This document shows, piece after piece, positions 8,749 to 18,800 of a DNA stretch of 57,195 nucleotides (its first letter is position 1; every line of letters begins with the position of its first letter). The stretch is from a virus (Duplodnaviria; Caudoviricetes): IMG/VR virus record IMGVR_UViG_3300016667_000411, positions 1-57,195 of that record; one strand, 5' to 3'. The notes beneath the pieces are model-generated. The model saw nothing but the letters and a program-made list of their open reading frames with translations. It did not search any database and was not told where the DNA came from. The position numbers and the translations under genes were made by a program.

Positions 8749-10841
8749 TGAGCGCAGTTGTCGATTTTGTTTCTGACGTCGTTGGAGGCGTCGTTGAGGC
8801 CGTTGGCGATGTGGTTGAGTCCGTCGTCGACGTTGTCAAGGACGTTGGTCGCGCGATCGATGACTACGTCATTCAGCCCATCCTAGATGACCCACTGACC
8901 GCTGTCGCCACGATGGCTGGTGCGGCTTTCTTAGGTCCTGCCATTGCCCCGATGCTTGGTACTGGCCTTGGAGCTGCGACAGGCTACGTGGCCACAGGCC
9001 TTGGAGCTGCCGCCGGTAACACGGCGGCTGGCCTGGCGCAAGGCGAAGATTTTGATGAGGCTGTCAAGGGCGGTCTGCTTGCTGGCGTTACCGCTGGCGC
9101 AACATCTGCTGGTTTTGATTACCTCACAGGAGGTGGTGCTTGGGCTCCTGAAGCTTCTGCTCCGGCTGCTCCTGGCTATGACACGGCCGCCATGGACGCG
9201 CTTGTCGACGACATCATGGCAAGGCCAGATGTTCCAGGAGGTGCTCCTGTAGCAGAGAGCTTCCCAGTTGCTCCACAACCAACTATAACCAGCACCGACC
9301 TTCCTCCGCTGACCTCAGTTGCTGATGATGCCCTGACTGGCGGAACTTCTGGAACTGCAGCTGCTTCTGCTGATCCTCTTGGCGACTTCATCGCCCAACT
9401 GCCTGGCATGACCGATGATGCTGCGGCTGCTGGCGCTGGATCCTCTGCAATCTCCGGTGTTCCTGAGGTCCCAACCAACTACTTGCTCGATGGCGTCAAG
9501 TTCCCGTCGACCCAGGGACTCAAGGTTCCTGAGATCAGCCTTGATGCGCCAATCCCACGTGACCTGATGGGGAACGTGGATTACAGCCTGACTGCCGGCA
9601 TGGACTTCACAGGTCCTGGCCTGCAAATGCCAAGCTCGCCAAACATCAGCAGCATGGGTGGTGGCCAAGGCTTGACAGTTGACGTTGCTGGCCTGCCTGA
9701 GTTCACCTACGGCATGGACAGCATTGATCCTGCCATGCGTGGTATGAGCGATTCTTGGGTCGGTGACAATGGCCAGTTGTACGGACTCGAGCAACCTGGC
9801 GGCACACTGAGCCAATACGGGGTCACTCCAACTCCTGACGTCATCAACTATCCTTCTACGTCAGCTGCAGTAACCGATACAAGGACTCTGGGTGACAAGC
9901 TCAAGAACTTTGAGTTCGGCGACATCAGTATGGGCGACATCGGCAAGGCCGCAATCGGCTACGCTGTGGAAAACCCGTTGACAACGCTGGCCGCTGTGAC
10001 ACTTGCTGGCGGTGTGCTTGGTGGTGCTGGTGGTCCTCCTGCAGGAACAACTGGCCCCAACCCTGGTGGTACTCGCGACGAGAATTTCACTCGCCCAATG
10101 GACATGTACAACTACATGCGTGAGCAGCAGCAATATGGTGGCGACATCTACGGCTATGGCACGCAAGGTGGCGAGCATAAGTTCTTCACTCCTTCCCGCT
10201 TTGAACCCGTGCCAATTCCAACTCCAGCCAAAGTCGGTGGCCTGATCCAGTACAAGCAACGCTTGGCTGCTGGCGGTGTGGCTCAACCGCAAATGCCGCA
10301 AACCCCTCAGCGAGGCATGGACCCACGTCAAGCCGCAATGGCAGCAATGCAACAGCGAGCTGCTATGGCTAAGCGTCAAGGTGCTCTTGCTCAAATGCAA
10401 GGCGGTATGCCTGGTGGCATGGGAGGCCAAATGCCTCCTCAAGCTCAGGGCGCAATGCCTGGTGGCATGCCCGGCGGTATGCCTGGTGGCCAGATGCCCC
10501 AGCGTCGTCAAGGCCCGATCAACCGCAACCCCAAGACTGCCTACTACCAGTATGGGACACCTCCTGCCATGGCAATGGGTGGTCTCAACATGGTCCGCAG
10601 CATGAACGTGGGCGGTGGTGCAGACGGCCGCTCTGACGATGTTGATGCCCTGCTCAGCGACGGTGAGTACGTCATCGACGCCGAGACCGTGGCAATGCTC
10701 GGCAACGGGTCATCTGAGGCCGGTGCAAGCCGCCTTGACCAGATGCGCGAGCAAGTCCGCAAACACAAGGGCCAGAACTTGTCCAAGGGTAAGATCAGCC
10801 CTGATGCCAAAAGTCCTCTGGCCTACCTGAAGGGAGCCTGA
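8748..10841 (+). CDS. Internal virion / DNA ejection protein
   Basis: Amphipathic N-terminus, Gly/Ala hydrophobic segments, low-complexity middle, C-terminal 'DGRSDDVDALLSDGEYVIDAETV'. Confidence 0.7.
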   Translation: MSAVVDFVSDVVGGVVEAVGDVVESVVDVVKDVGRAIDDYVIQPILDDPLTAVATMAGAAFLGPAIAPMLGTGLGAATGYVATGLGAAAGNTAAGLAQGEDFDEAVKGGLLAGVTAGATSAGFDYLTGGGAWAPEASAPAAPGYDTAAMDALVDDIMARPDVPGGAPVAESFPVAPQPTITSTDLPPLTSVADDALTGGTSGTAAASADPLGDFIAQLPGMTDDAAAAGAGSSAISGVPEVPTNYLLDGVKFPSTQGLKVPEISLDAPIPRDLMGNVDYSLTAGMDFTGPGLQMPSSPNISSMGGGQGLTVDVAGLPEFTYGMDSIDPAMRGMSDSWVGDNGQLYGLEQPGGTLSQYGVTPTPDVINYPSTSAAVTDTRTLGDKLKNFEFGDISMGDIGKAAIGYAVENPLTTLAAVTLAGGVLGGAGGPPAGTTGPNPGGTRDENFTRPMDMYNYMREQQQYGGDIYGYGTQGGEHKFFTPSRFEPVPIPTPAKVGGLIQYKQRLAAGGVAQPQMPQTPQRGMDPRQAAMAAMQQRAAMAKRQGALAQMQGGMPGGMGGQMPPQAQGAMPGGMPGGMPGGQMPQRRQGPINRNPKTAYYQYGTPPAMAMGGLNMVRSMNVGGGADGRSDDVDALLSDGEYVIDAETVAMLGNGSSEAGASRLDQMREQVRKHKGQNLSKGKISPDAKSPLAYLKGA

Positions 10842-10842
10842 T

Positions 10843-12546
10843 ATGGGAATCCTTGACTTCCTGTTCCAGGGCAGTCCACCCCAGTCGGTCACGACATACG
10901 GCGAGACCACAACTGACCTGCCCACCTGGTATAGCGATTACACGCAGGGCCTGATCAGTCGGGCCAATGCGATTGCAGCCGAACCGTATCAGGCCTACAC
11001 GCAGCCAAGAATCGCGCCACTGGACTACGGGCAGACGCAGGCGTACAACAAGACGTTTGGGTTGGAAGGCCAGTACACGCCGACGATGAACGCGGCGATC
11101 TACTCAGCCACCCAAGGGGGTCAAGGTAGTGCGCTAGGCCAAGCTCAACCGTACTTTCAACGGGCTGAGACCTACAACCCGTATGCGGCAGCGACTCCTC
11201 TCCTTGGAGAGGCCAGCAACTACTTGCGTCAGCAAGTTGGTGACACCAGCGCCCTTGCCCAGCCGTATTTTGGTCAGGCCTCAAGCTTGGTCGGTACGGG
11301 GACTCAGGGCACTGCAGGCCTTGCAAGCCCGTTCTTGAACTTGGCTTCGCAGCAAACGGGTCAAGCAGGTCAGGCAGTCGCAGGCCAAGCTGCTCCGTAC
11401 TTGCAGCAGGCTAGCGCAGGCACAACTGCGGCAGGCATGGCCGACACGGCAGGACTGGCAAGCCCCTACATGCAGCAGGCTGGAGCGCTAGCTGCTCGTG
11501 GAGCTCAGACAGGTTTGGGTGGCATCGAAGAGTACATGAACCCCTACCAAGAGCAGGTGATCAGCCGCATTGGTGAACTGGGCCAACGCAATCTTCGCGA
11601 GAACCTGCTGCCAGAGATTCAAGACCGTGCGATTGCCGCAGGTCAATTCGGAGGCAGCCGCCAAGGCGAAGCTATTGGCAGAGCGCTTCGGGATGTCCAG
11701 GAGTCCACTCTGGCAGCCCAGAGCCAAGCTCTGCAGCAAGGCTACACCCAAGCTGGTCAGCAGCAAGCTGCAGATCGCGCTCGTCAGCTTCAAGCCGCTC
11801 AACAGCAGGCCCAGTTTGGTCAGCAGGCTGCTGGTCTTTCGGCTGCCGATTACCAGCGGCTCTTGGCAGCATCTGGCCAGCAAGCTCAGATCGGTCAATC
11901 ATTGGCAGGCCTCAGTGCAGCTGATCAACAGCGACTTCTGTCTGCTGCGGGTCAACAGGCGGCCATTGGTCAAAGCATGGCAGGACTGACGGGTGCTGAC
12001 TATCAGCGCATGCTGGCTGGGGCCCAACAGCAAGCCGCCATGGGCCAAGCAGCCGCAGGCCTTGAAGGTGCAGACCTTGCACGGTACGGCCAGGCTGGTT
12101 CTCAGCTGGGAGCCCTTGGCCAGCTGTATGGCCAGCTTTCCAGCTCGACGGCCCAACAGCTTGCGAACCTTGGTCAGCAGTCCGGGGCCCTTGCCGGCCA
12201 GGACTACACCCGTCAGCTGCAGGCTGCTCAGCAGCTTGGCACGCTGGGCCAACTGCAACAGTCCATGGGCCTCCAGAACATTGGGGCCTTGGAAGCTGCT
12301 GGCGCCATGCAACAGCAACAAGGACAACGAAGCTTGGACCAGGCCTATGCGGACTTCCTGGCACAGCGCGAGTACGACCGGAACAACATTGCCTTCCTCA
12401 ACGCTGCGATCCGCGGCTTGGAGATTCCAACGTCCACGTCCACCCAGTCGACTGGCCCTGCAAGCGTGTACCAACCATCGCCACTGTCTCAACTGGCTCA
12501 GGGTGCTGCAAGCATCTACGGCTTCAAGAAACTGTTCGGCGGCTAA
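10843..12546 (+). CDS. Internal virion / DNA ejection protein (Gln/Ala-rich)
   Basis: 'YMNPYQEQV', 'AGQFGGSR', helical Q/A repeats and a hydrophobic C-terminus. Confidence 0.75.
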   Translation: MGILDFLFQGSPPQSVTTYGETTTDLPTWYSDYTQGLISRANAIAAEPYQAYTQPRIAPLDYGQTQAYNKTFGLEGQYTPTMNAAIYSATQGGQGSALGQAQPYFQRAETYNPYAAATPLLGEASNYLRQQVGDTSALAQPYFGQASSLVGTGTQGTAGLASPFLNLASQQTGQAGQAVAGQAAPYLQQASAGTTAAGMADTAGLASPYMQQAGALAARGAQTGLGGIEEYMNPYQEQVISRIGELGQRNLRENLLPEIQDRAIAAGQFGGSRQGEAIGRALRDVQESTLAAQSQALQQGYTQAGQQQAADRARQLQAAQQQAQFGQQAAGLSAADYQRLLAASGQQAQIGQSLAGLSAADQQRLLSAAGQQAAIGQSMAGLTGADYQRMLAGAQQQAAMGQAAAGLEGADLARYGQAGSQLGALGQLYGQLSSSTAQQLANLGQQSGALAGQDYTRQLQAAQQLGTLGQLQQSMGLQNIGALEAAGAMQQQQGQRSLDQAYADFLAQREYDRNNIAFLNAAIRGLEIPTSTSTQSTGPASVYQPSPLSQLAQGAASIYGFKKLFGG

Positions 12547-12561
12547 GACAAGAGGTAGACC

Positions 12562-15500
12562 ATGGCATTTCCAGAAGACGACTTCGAAGATGGCGACCAG
12601 GACACTGGAGGCGGTGGTGTTCGCGCCGTCGCAGACACTTCTGGCTACACGTCTCGCACGGCTTCCAATCCATACACCAAGGACCTTCAAGACCTGCTCT
12701 CGAAGTACCTGGAGCAAACTGACCGCCAAGCCACCGAAAAAGAGCGGCTTCTGGACGAGGCTCGCCAAAAGATCATGGCAAGGTCTGCAGGTCCTAGCGA
12801 CGCAGAAGTCGCCTTCAGGATCGCTGCTGCCTTTGGCAAGCCCACTCGTACCGGTAGCTTTTTTGAGACCCTGAGCGGTGTCAACGAGGCAACTGCAGGC
12901 GTGCTTGGCGAAAAGCGCAAAGCATCTCAGGAACTCGAAGACCTCAACCTGAAGTACCGCCTGGCCGGCATGGACGCCAAGTCTGAAGGCATGAAAGGCA
13001 AGCTGTCGGCCCTGTCGACCTTGGCCCGTTCTGTGCCCAAGGACAAGGTCCCTGAAGTCGTGGCGATGCAGCAGATCGTCGACGATCCAAACGCATCTGA
13101 GTCTGCCAAGAAGACGGCTCAGGCCCGCATCACCTTCTTGACCACTCGCTCTGGTGGCCAGGGGACTGAGATTGACCGGCTTGTCGAGAAGATCAACGAC
13201 CCCAACACACCTGCTGATGCCAAGCGCATGTATCAGGCTCGCTACAACAAGCTGGTCCACATTGCGCCGAGCGGTACTGACGCTGTCGCAAGCAAGCCTC
13301 AGTCGCCGCAGGGCCGTATTGCAGCGGACGAAGGCTTGAAGCCGGGGACTCCTGAGTACAACAAGCGCGTCCAGACCCTGGTTCAGCAAGGCCAGAACAA
13401 GCTGTCTCCGACCGAGATGAAGATGCAGGACGAGCTCAAGGACCGGGTTGCTGCTGGTCGTGAGGTCGTACTGAACCTTGACAAGGCCCTGAAGCTGAAT
13501 GACGTGGCCTATGAGGGATCAACGGCAGGAGCCCGTGAGGTTGCTGGCCGCCTGGTTCCTCTGGTTCGTAGCAGCGAGGCCCAAACAGCCACTGCCGAAC
13601 TCGAGAACCTGATCTTGGGCAACGCGCTGAGCCAATTGAAAGTGATCTTCGGAGCAGCTCCAACTGAAGGCGAACGCAAGATCCTGGTCGACTTGCAAGG
13701 CTCAATCAACAAGCCGGCAGCTACCCGCAAAGTCATCTGGGAGAATGCCCAAAAGGCAGCCGCCCGCCGACTCAAGGACAACCAGCAGCGCCTGAATGAT
13801 CTTGTCTCTGGTGCATCGGCTCGTCGTGCTTCTGAAGAGCCAGAAGGCCAAGCAGACGGGGGCCCCGTCAAGATGGCTGATGGCGGCCTGACCATGGCCA
13901 ACATTGGCCGTGCCGTAGGCCAAGGCCTTGGTTTTGGCTTTGGAGACGAGGCCGTGGCCAGGGTTCGTGCGAAGATGGAGGGGCGCCCCTACGAAGACGT
14001 GCTTCGTGAAGAGCGTCAGGCCTATGAGCAGTTCAGCAAGCAGTACCCTGTGACGGCATTGGGCACCGAGCTGGTCTCAGGAGCTATTCCGACCATTGGA
14101 GCCATGTTTGTTCCAGGCGGCCAGGCAGCCTCTGTTGTTGGCGGGGCACGCATGGCTCAAGCCGCACAGAAGTTCGGCTCGATCCTTCCTCAGTTCATGA
14201 AGGGTCAGATGGGCAAGGCAGCCGCTGTTGGTGCTGGCACAGGAGCAATCTCTGGAGCCGGCACTGCGACCGAAGGCGAACGCGGTCAAGGAGCCGTGAC
14301 AGGTGGCCTCACTGGCACTGTTGCTGGTCCTGTGGTTGCCAAGGGCGCTGACATGGCGATTCGTGGCGGCAAAGCTGTGAAGAATGTCTTCAAGCCCTCT
14401 CCGATGACGGTTGAGGATCGAGCCACCGAAAAGGTGTTGCAGGCCATGGGCCGCGACGAACTGCAACCTGCTGACGTCAAGGCTCGCATGGATGCTGACC
14501 GTGCCCTGGGGGTCAAGTCCACCCTGATGGACGTCACTCCATCGACTCAGTCGCTTGGTGAAGCTGTGGTGACCCTGCCTGGTCCCGGCCGCAAGACGCT
14601 TGGCGGTCCTCTGGGCGAGCGCTTGGAACAGGGCCGCGACGTGGTTGGTCAACGTGCCAGCCAGACCCTGGCCAAGGGTCAAGACTTCACAGCAACCGAA
14701 GACAGCTTGATGGGCCGCCTTCGCTCCAACGCCAACAACCTCTACGACAAGGCCTATGCCCACGGCTCTGTTGACGATACCCGCATCCTCAAGGTCTTGG
14801 AGGACGACACCTTCAAGAGCGCCTTCAAGGAGGCTCAACGCATTGCCGCCAAAGAAGCCAGGGCTGCCGAGCTTCGCGGGGAAGATCCTAGCCGCTTCAA
14901 GCTGGGTGACATCTATGACCTGGACGATCAGGGCAACATGGTCAGCGTCGGCAAGATTCCCGACGTGCGGACCCTGGACTACATCAAGCGCGGCATCGAC
15001 GCACTCATCGACAAGGGCTACAAAGGCGAAGGCATGGGCAAGGCAGAAGCCAATGCGCTCAAGGACCTTCGCAAGGCCTTCGTTGGCGTCATCGACGAGA
15101 ACGTGCCTGAGTACGCAGTGGCGCGTTCCAAGTATGCTGGCGACATGGAGGTTCTTGACGCCTTGCGCCTGGGCAAGGACGAGTATCTGACACCGAAGAT
15201 GCTGCCTGAACAAGCTCGCAAGCTGGTCGCCGGCATGTCTGATGCAGAAAAGGACGCCCTGCGTATTGGAGCCGCCCAGTCGATCATGACCAAGATCATG
15301 GATGCTCCCCAGCAGGTCAATGCCGCCCAGCGCATCATCGGAGCCCCTGCAACCCGCAAGCGCCTTGAGGCCTTGTTCGACAACCCTGCCGAGTATCAGG
15401 TGTTCGAGGCTGCCTTGAAGCGCGAAGCCGAACTGTTCCGCAATGCCCAAGAGGTCATTCGCAACAGCCGGACCGCCAACAAGCAAGAGGCCATCGCTGA

Positions 15501-15876
15501 CCTCAAGCGGTCCACCAACATCCTAGACGTGGCTGGTGAAGCAGTGAACATTGCAACAGGGTCGCCTGGCTCTGTGGTCAGTCGCGTCTTGAAGTACCTG
15601 CAGGCTCGCGCGTCCCTGGACGAGAAGACCGCAGGCGAATTGGCCAACATGCTGAAGTCCAGCACGCCGCAAGAGATCGACTCAGTCATGAAGCGCCTTG
15701 AGGCAGGAGCAGGCCGCATGGCCCAGGACCAAGAGCGAGCCGCGACCCGCATGAAGGTCATCTCTGGCTCCGTGGGCACAGCAGCTCCAGAAGGTCGGAG
15801 CACTGACACTGAAGAAAAAGCCCCGGAAGAAGATGACGAAGCCAGAATCGAGCGCATCCTCCGGGAGAACCAGTGA
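12562..15876 (+). CDS. Large internal virion / ejection protein (1104 aa)
   Basis: Long helical protein; 'GQGLGFGFGDE' and Gly/Ala-rich segment; position in the ejection cluster. Confidence 0.7.
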   Translation: MAFPEDDFEDGDQDTGGGGVRAVADTSGYTSRTASNPYTKDLQDLLSKYLEQTDRQATEKERLLDEARQKIMARSAGPSDAEVAFRIAAAFGKPTRTGSFFETLSGVNEATAGVLGEKRKASQELEDLNLKYRLAGMDAKSEGMKGKLSALSTLARSVPKDKVPEVVAMQQIVDDPNASESAKKTAQARITFLTTRSGGQGTEIDRLVEKINDPNTPADAKRMYQARYNKLVHIAPSGTDAVASKPQSPQGRIAADEGLKPGTPEYNKRVQTLVQQGQNKLSPTEMKMQDELKDRVAAGREVVLNLDKALKLNDVAYEGSTAGAREVAGRLVPLVRSSEAQTATAELENLILGNALSQLKVIFGAAPTEGERKILVDLQGSINKPAATRKVIWENAQKAAARRLKDNQQRLNDLVSGASARRASEEPEGQADGGPVKMADGGLTMANIGRAVGQGLGFGFGDEAVARVRAKMEGRPYEDVLREERQAYEQFSKQYPVTALGTELVSGAIPTIGAMFVPGGQAASVVGGARMAQAAQKFGSILPQFMKGQMGKAAAVGAGTGAISGAGTATEGERGQGAVTGGLTGTVAGPVVAKGADMAIRGGKAVKNVFKPSPMTVEDRATEKVLQAMGRDELQPADVKARMDADRALGVKSTLMDVTPSTQSLGEAVVTLPGPGRKTLGGPLGERLEQGRDVVGQRASQTLAKGQDFTATEDSLMGRLRSNANNLYDKAYAHGSVDDTRILKVLEDDTFKSAFKEAQRIAAKEARAAELRGEDPSRFKLGDIYDLDDQGNMVSVGKIPDVRTLDYIKRGIDALIDKGYKGEGMGKAEANALKDLRKAFVGVIDENVPEYAVARSKYAGDMEVLDALRLGKDEYLTPKMLPEQARKLVAGMSDAEKDALRIGAAQSIMTKIMDAPQQVNAAQRIIGAPATRKRLEALFDNPAEYQVFEAALKREAELFRNAQEVIRNSRTANKQEAIADLKRSTNILDVAGEAVNIATGSPGSVVSRVLKYLQARASLDEKTAGELANMLKSSTPQEIDSVMKRLEAGAGRMAQDQERAATRMKVISGSVGTAAPEGRSTDTEEKAPEEDDEARIERILRENQ

Positions 15877-18800
15877 TGAGTGAACTGAACAAACTGAAGC
15901 AGAAGTACGAAGACGGTGGGAAAGCGGAGAAGATCAAGGGCCTTACGAAGTCGCTTAAGGGCGAGGCTTCGATTGGCCCGATCCCGAGAAGCAAGGCTGC
16001 TGAATTCATGGGCGATACGGTTGCCGGGGCCATCAGGTCGGCGCGTGGAGCTCTTTCGGGTGAGGTTCCTCTCGTCGGCGGGACGGTCGGCGAATGGATC
16101 TTTGGTCAGGCGCCTGAGGCGCTTGAAGATTGGTCTTACGGTTTCGGTCCCGTTCGCCTTGGTCGCACTGACGTTGCTGGTCCTGCTGGTGCTCTCTATG
16201 GCATGAAGGTCGATGACCGCCTGCTCGATGTGGCAGGAGCCGCTGAGCTTCCCTACCTGGCCGGCAAGATGGGAGCCAAGGGAACTGTTGCAGCCTCCAA
16301 GCGCCTGATGGACGCCATCAAGGGCCGCGCCGAGCCAGAGCTCCAGACCTTGCAGCAGAAGTATGCTGGTGGTGGCCGCGTTGGCCGCTTCATCTCAGCT
16401 GTCGACAAGGCCATTGACACCCTGAAGCAAAAGAAGGGCACGGGCGAGCAGATCCTGAAGCAGATCGAAGCTACTCCTGGCGTGAAGCAGGAGGAGCTGA
16501 AATACCGTGGCCTGACTGACATCAAGAACCAGCCCAAGGTCACTCAGGAAGAAGTCAAGGCCAAGGCAGCCAAAAAGCCTGCTCCGATTCCGAAGCGCAC
16601 CGTGCTTGGCGAGAACGTTGGCGTTCCAGAAGACTACAAGCCCAAGATTCCAGAAGTCCATCAGCGCCTGCTCGATGAGTACGGCATTGAGCCAGTGGTC
16701 AATCCAGACGACAGGACCATGATGGGCTTCCACCACATCGACACAGGCGAGATTGCCGATGCTGACCTGATCAAGCAGATGCCCCCTGACGAGATGGGCT
16801 TCCCTGTTCGTCCTGACGGCACGATGGATCCTCAAGCTGCAGAGGACTATCGCAACCTCAAGCGAGCCGTTGACCTTGCTGAACGCCAATTCCAAGTCGA
16901 CTTGGCCAAGTACCAGCCCAAGTTTCAGCGCTACAGCCAACCAGGCGGCGAGAATTATCGCGAGGTTCTTGTCACGATGCCTGAGCCTTCTGAGACTGGA
17001 CAGTTCCGCTCCAGCCACTACGACACGCCAGACATCTTGACTCACTTCCGAGTCAGCGATCGCGTTGGCCCCAACGGCGAAAAGGTCCTGTACGTTGATG
17101 AGATCCAGTCTGACTGGCATCAAAAGGCCCGTGACGTTCGCAAGAACTACATCAAGGAGCAGCTGAGCCTTGCAGAGAACGACATCCACAAAAAGGCCGT
17201 TGAGGAAGCTGCTCAAAAGCTTGGCTCCACTGAAATCACAGACAAGAGCCTGAAGGAGCTTGAGCGCATCAAGTCCCGCATGCGCAGGGAAATGAAGGCA
17301 GAGCTCGAGAAGACGACTCCAAAAGAGATCGGCTATGCCACTGCAGAAGATGCAGCGAAGATCAAGGAACTGGACGCCAAGATCGCTCGCCTCAACAACG
17401 AGGGCCCGACGATGGAAGAGTTGGCCGACTACTTCCAGCCCGGCAAGATCGTGAAGGGCTACGGCGGGACCGACAAGGTCTTGTCCTTCAACCCACGCGA
17501 TGGCGACTGGTCCGTGACTGTCATCGAGGTCGATCCTAGAACCGGCGAGCCTGCCAGGAATGCGCGGCCCAGGACCCACTCCACTTCTCCAGGCATGGAG
17601 ATGCGCCAGCAGCTTCTCAACGAGAAGCGCCAGTATAGCGACAAGGTCCCTGATGCCCCGTTCAAGGACACCTGGCACGAGCTGGCTGTCAAAGAGATCA
17701 TGGACATTGCAGCCAACGAGGGCTACGCCAAGGTCGCTTTCAGCCCTGGCATCGAGCAGATCAAGCGGTACACCAATGAGATGCGCAAGGCCATTGATGA
17801 GATCAAGTTTGTGCCGACGCCTGACGGTGGCGTGACGATCAGTGGTCTCAAGGATGGCAGCTCTGTGTTCAGCGGCAACACGCTTGACGGTGTTTTCACG
17901 TCAGGACCTGCCCAAGGCAAGACTATCTCCGAGGTCCTTGGCTCAAACATCGCGAAGCAGATTGACGAGCAGCTTCCGTCCATCTCTTCTGGCAGCCGTG
18001 TCACGACAGAAGAAGACATTGCAGCCCTTGCCAACAAGATCATGGACTCAGATGATGACTATGAGTTTTTAGACCTGGCCCAAGAGTACACCGACACCAT
18101 GGCCATCGAGAACCTCAGGAACCGTGGTATCACGTCAAGAGCAGCCAACTTTGATGACCTGATGGTCGAAGAAGGCGATCGCATCCAGAGCTTCGCAGTT
18201 GAAAAGGCTGCTCGCGAGTTGGCCGAAAGACGCCTCGCCATGTCTGGTGGCGAAGGTTTGCCGTCTCCGGGTTCCATCAAGGGAGAAGACCTGGCCGTCG
18301 GCGGCGAAGGCATGAAGTCGTTTTACGACAAGCGCCTGCCTGACTTCATCCGCAAGTATGCTGGCAAGGAGTTTGGGGCCCCTTCGGACTACATGGACAT
18401 CACGATGGCTTCTCCGAAGACCAAAAAGCCCACGGAGCGCGAGATCCGCGAGTTTATGCACCAGATCGGGGACGCGGACGACGAAGAGCTGATGATCAGG
18501 ACTCAAGACTTAAACACCCGTATGGCCAGAGAAGCCCTGGAGGAAATGGGGATTCGCGAAGCAGATGACCCAACACACTTTGACGATCAGCTGTGGAATG
18601 TCATGGACGAGTTCCAGGACAGGGCCAGGGAGCAAGCCGCTAGGGAGATAGCTCTCGAGCGTCTGAACTATGCAGAACCTGGCGCAAAGATGCGTGCTTT
18701 CACCGTTGACGTGACTCCGAAGATGCGGGAACGGATCACCACGGAAGGCCAGAAGCTCTTCGCGGTTCCTCCCGCCATCGGAGCCGTGCCAGCAGCCCAA

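Noticed and set aside
10400-10500. Short ATGCCTGGTGGC-type repeats as a possible array
   Set aside because: They encode low-complexity GGMP peptide repeats; there are no spacers, so this is not CRISPR.
11899-15486. 496 aa and 469 aa minus-strand ORFs
   Set aside because: Shadows of the ejection-protein genes.
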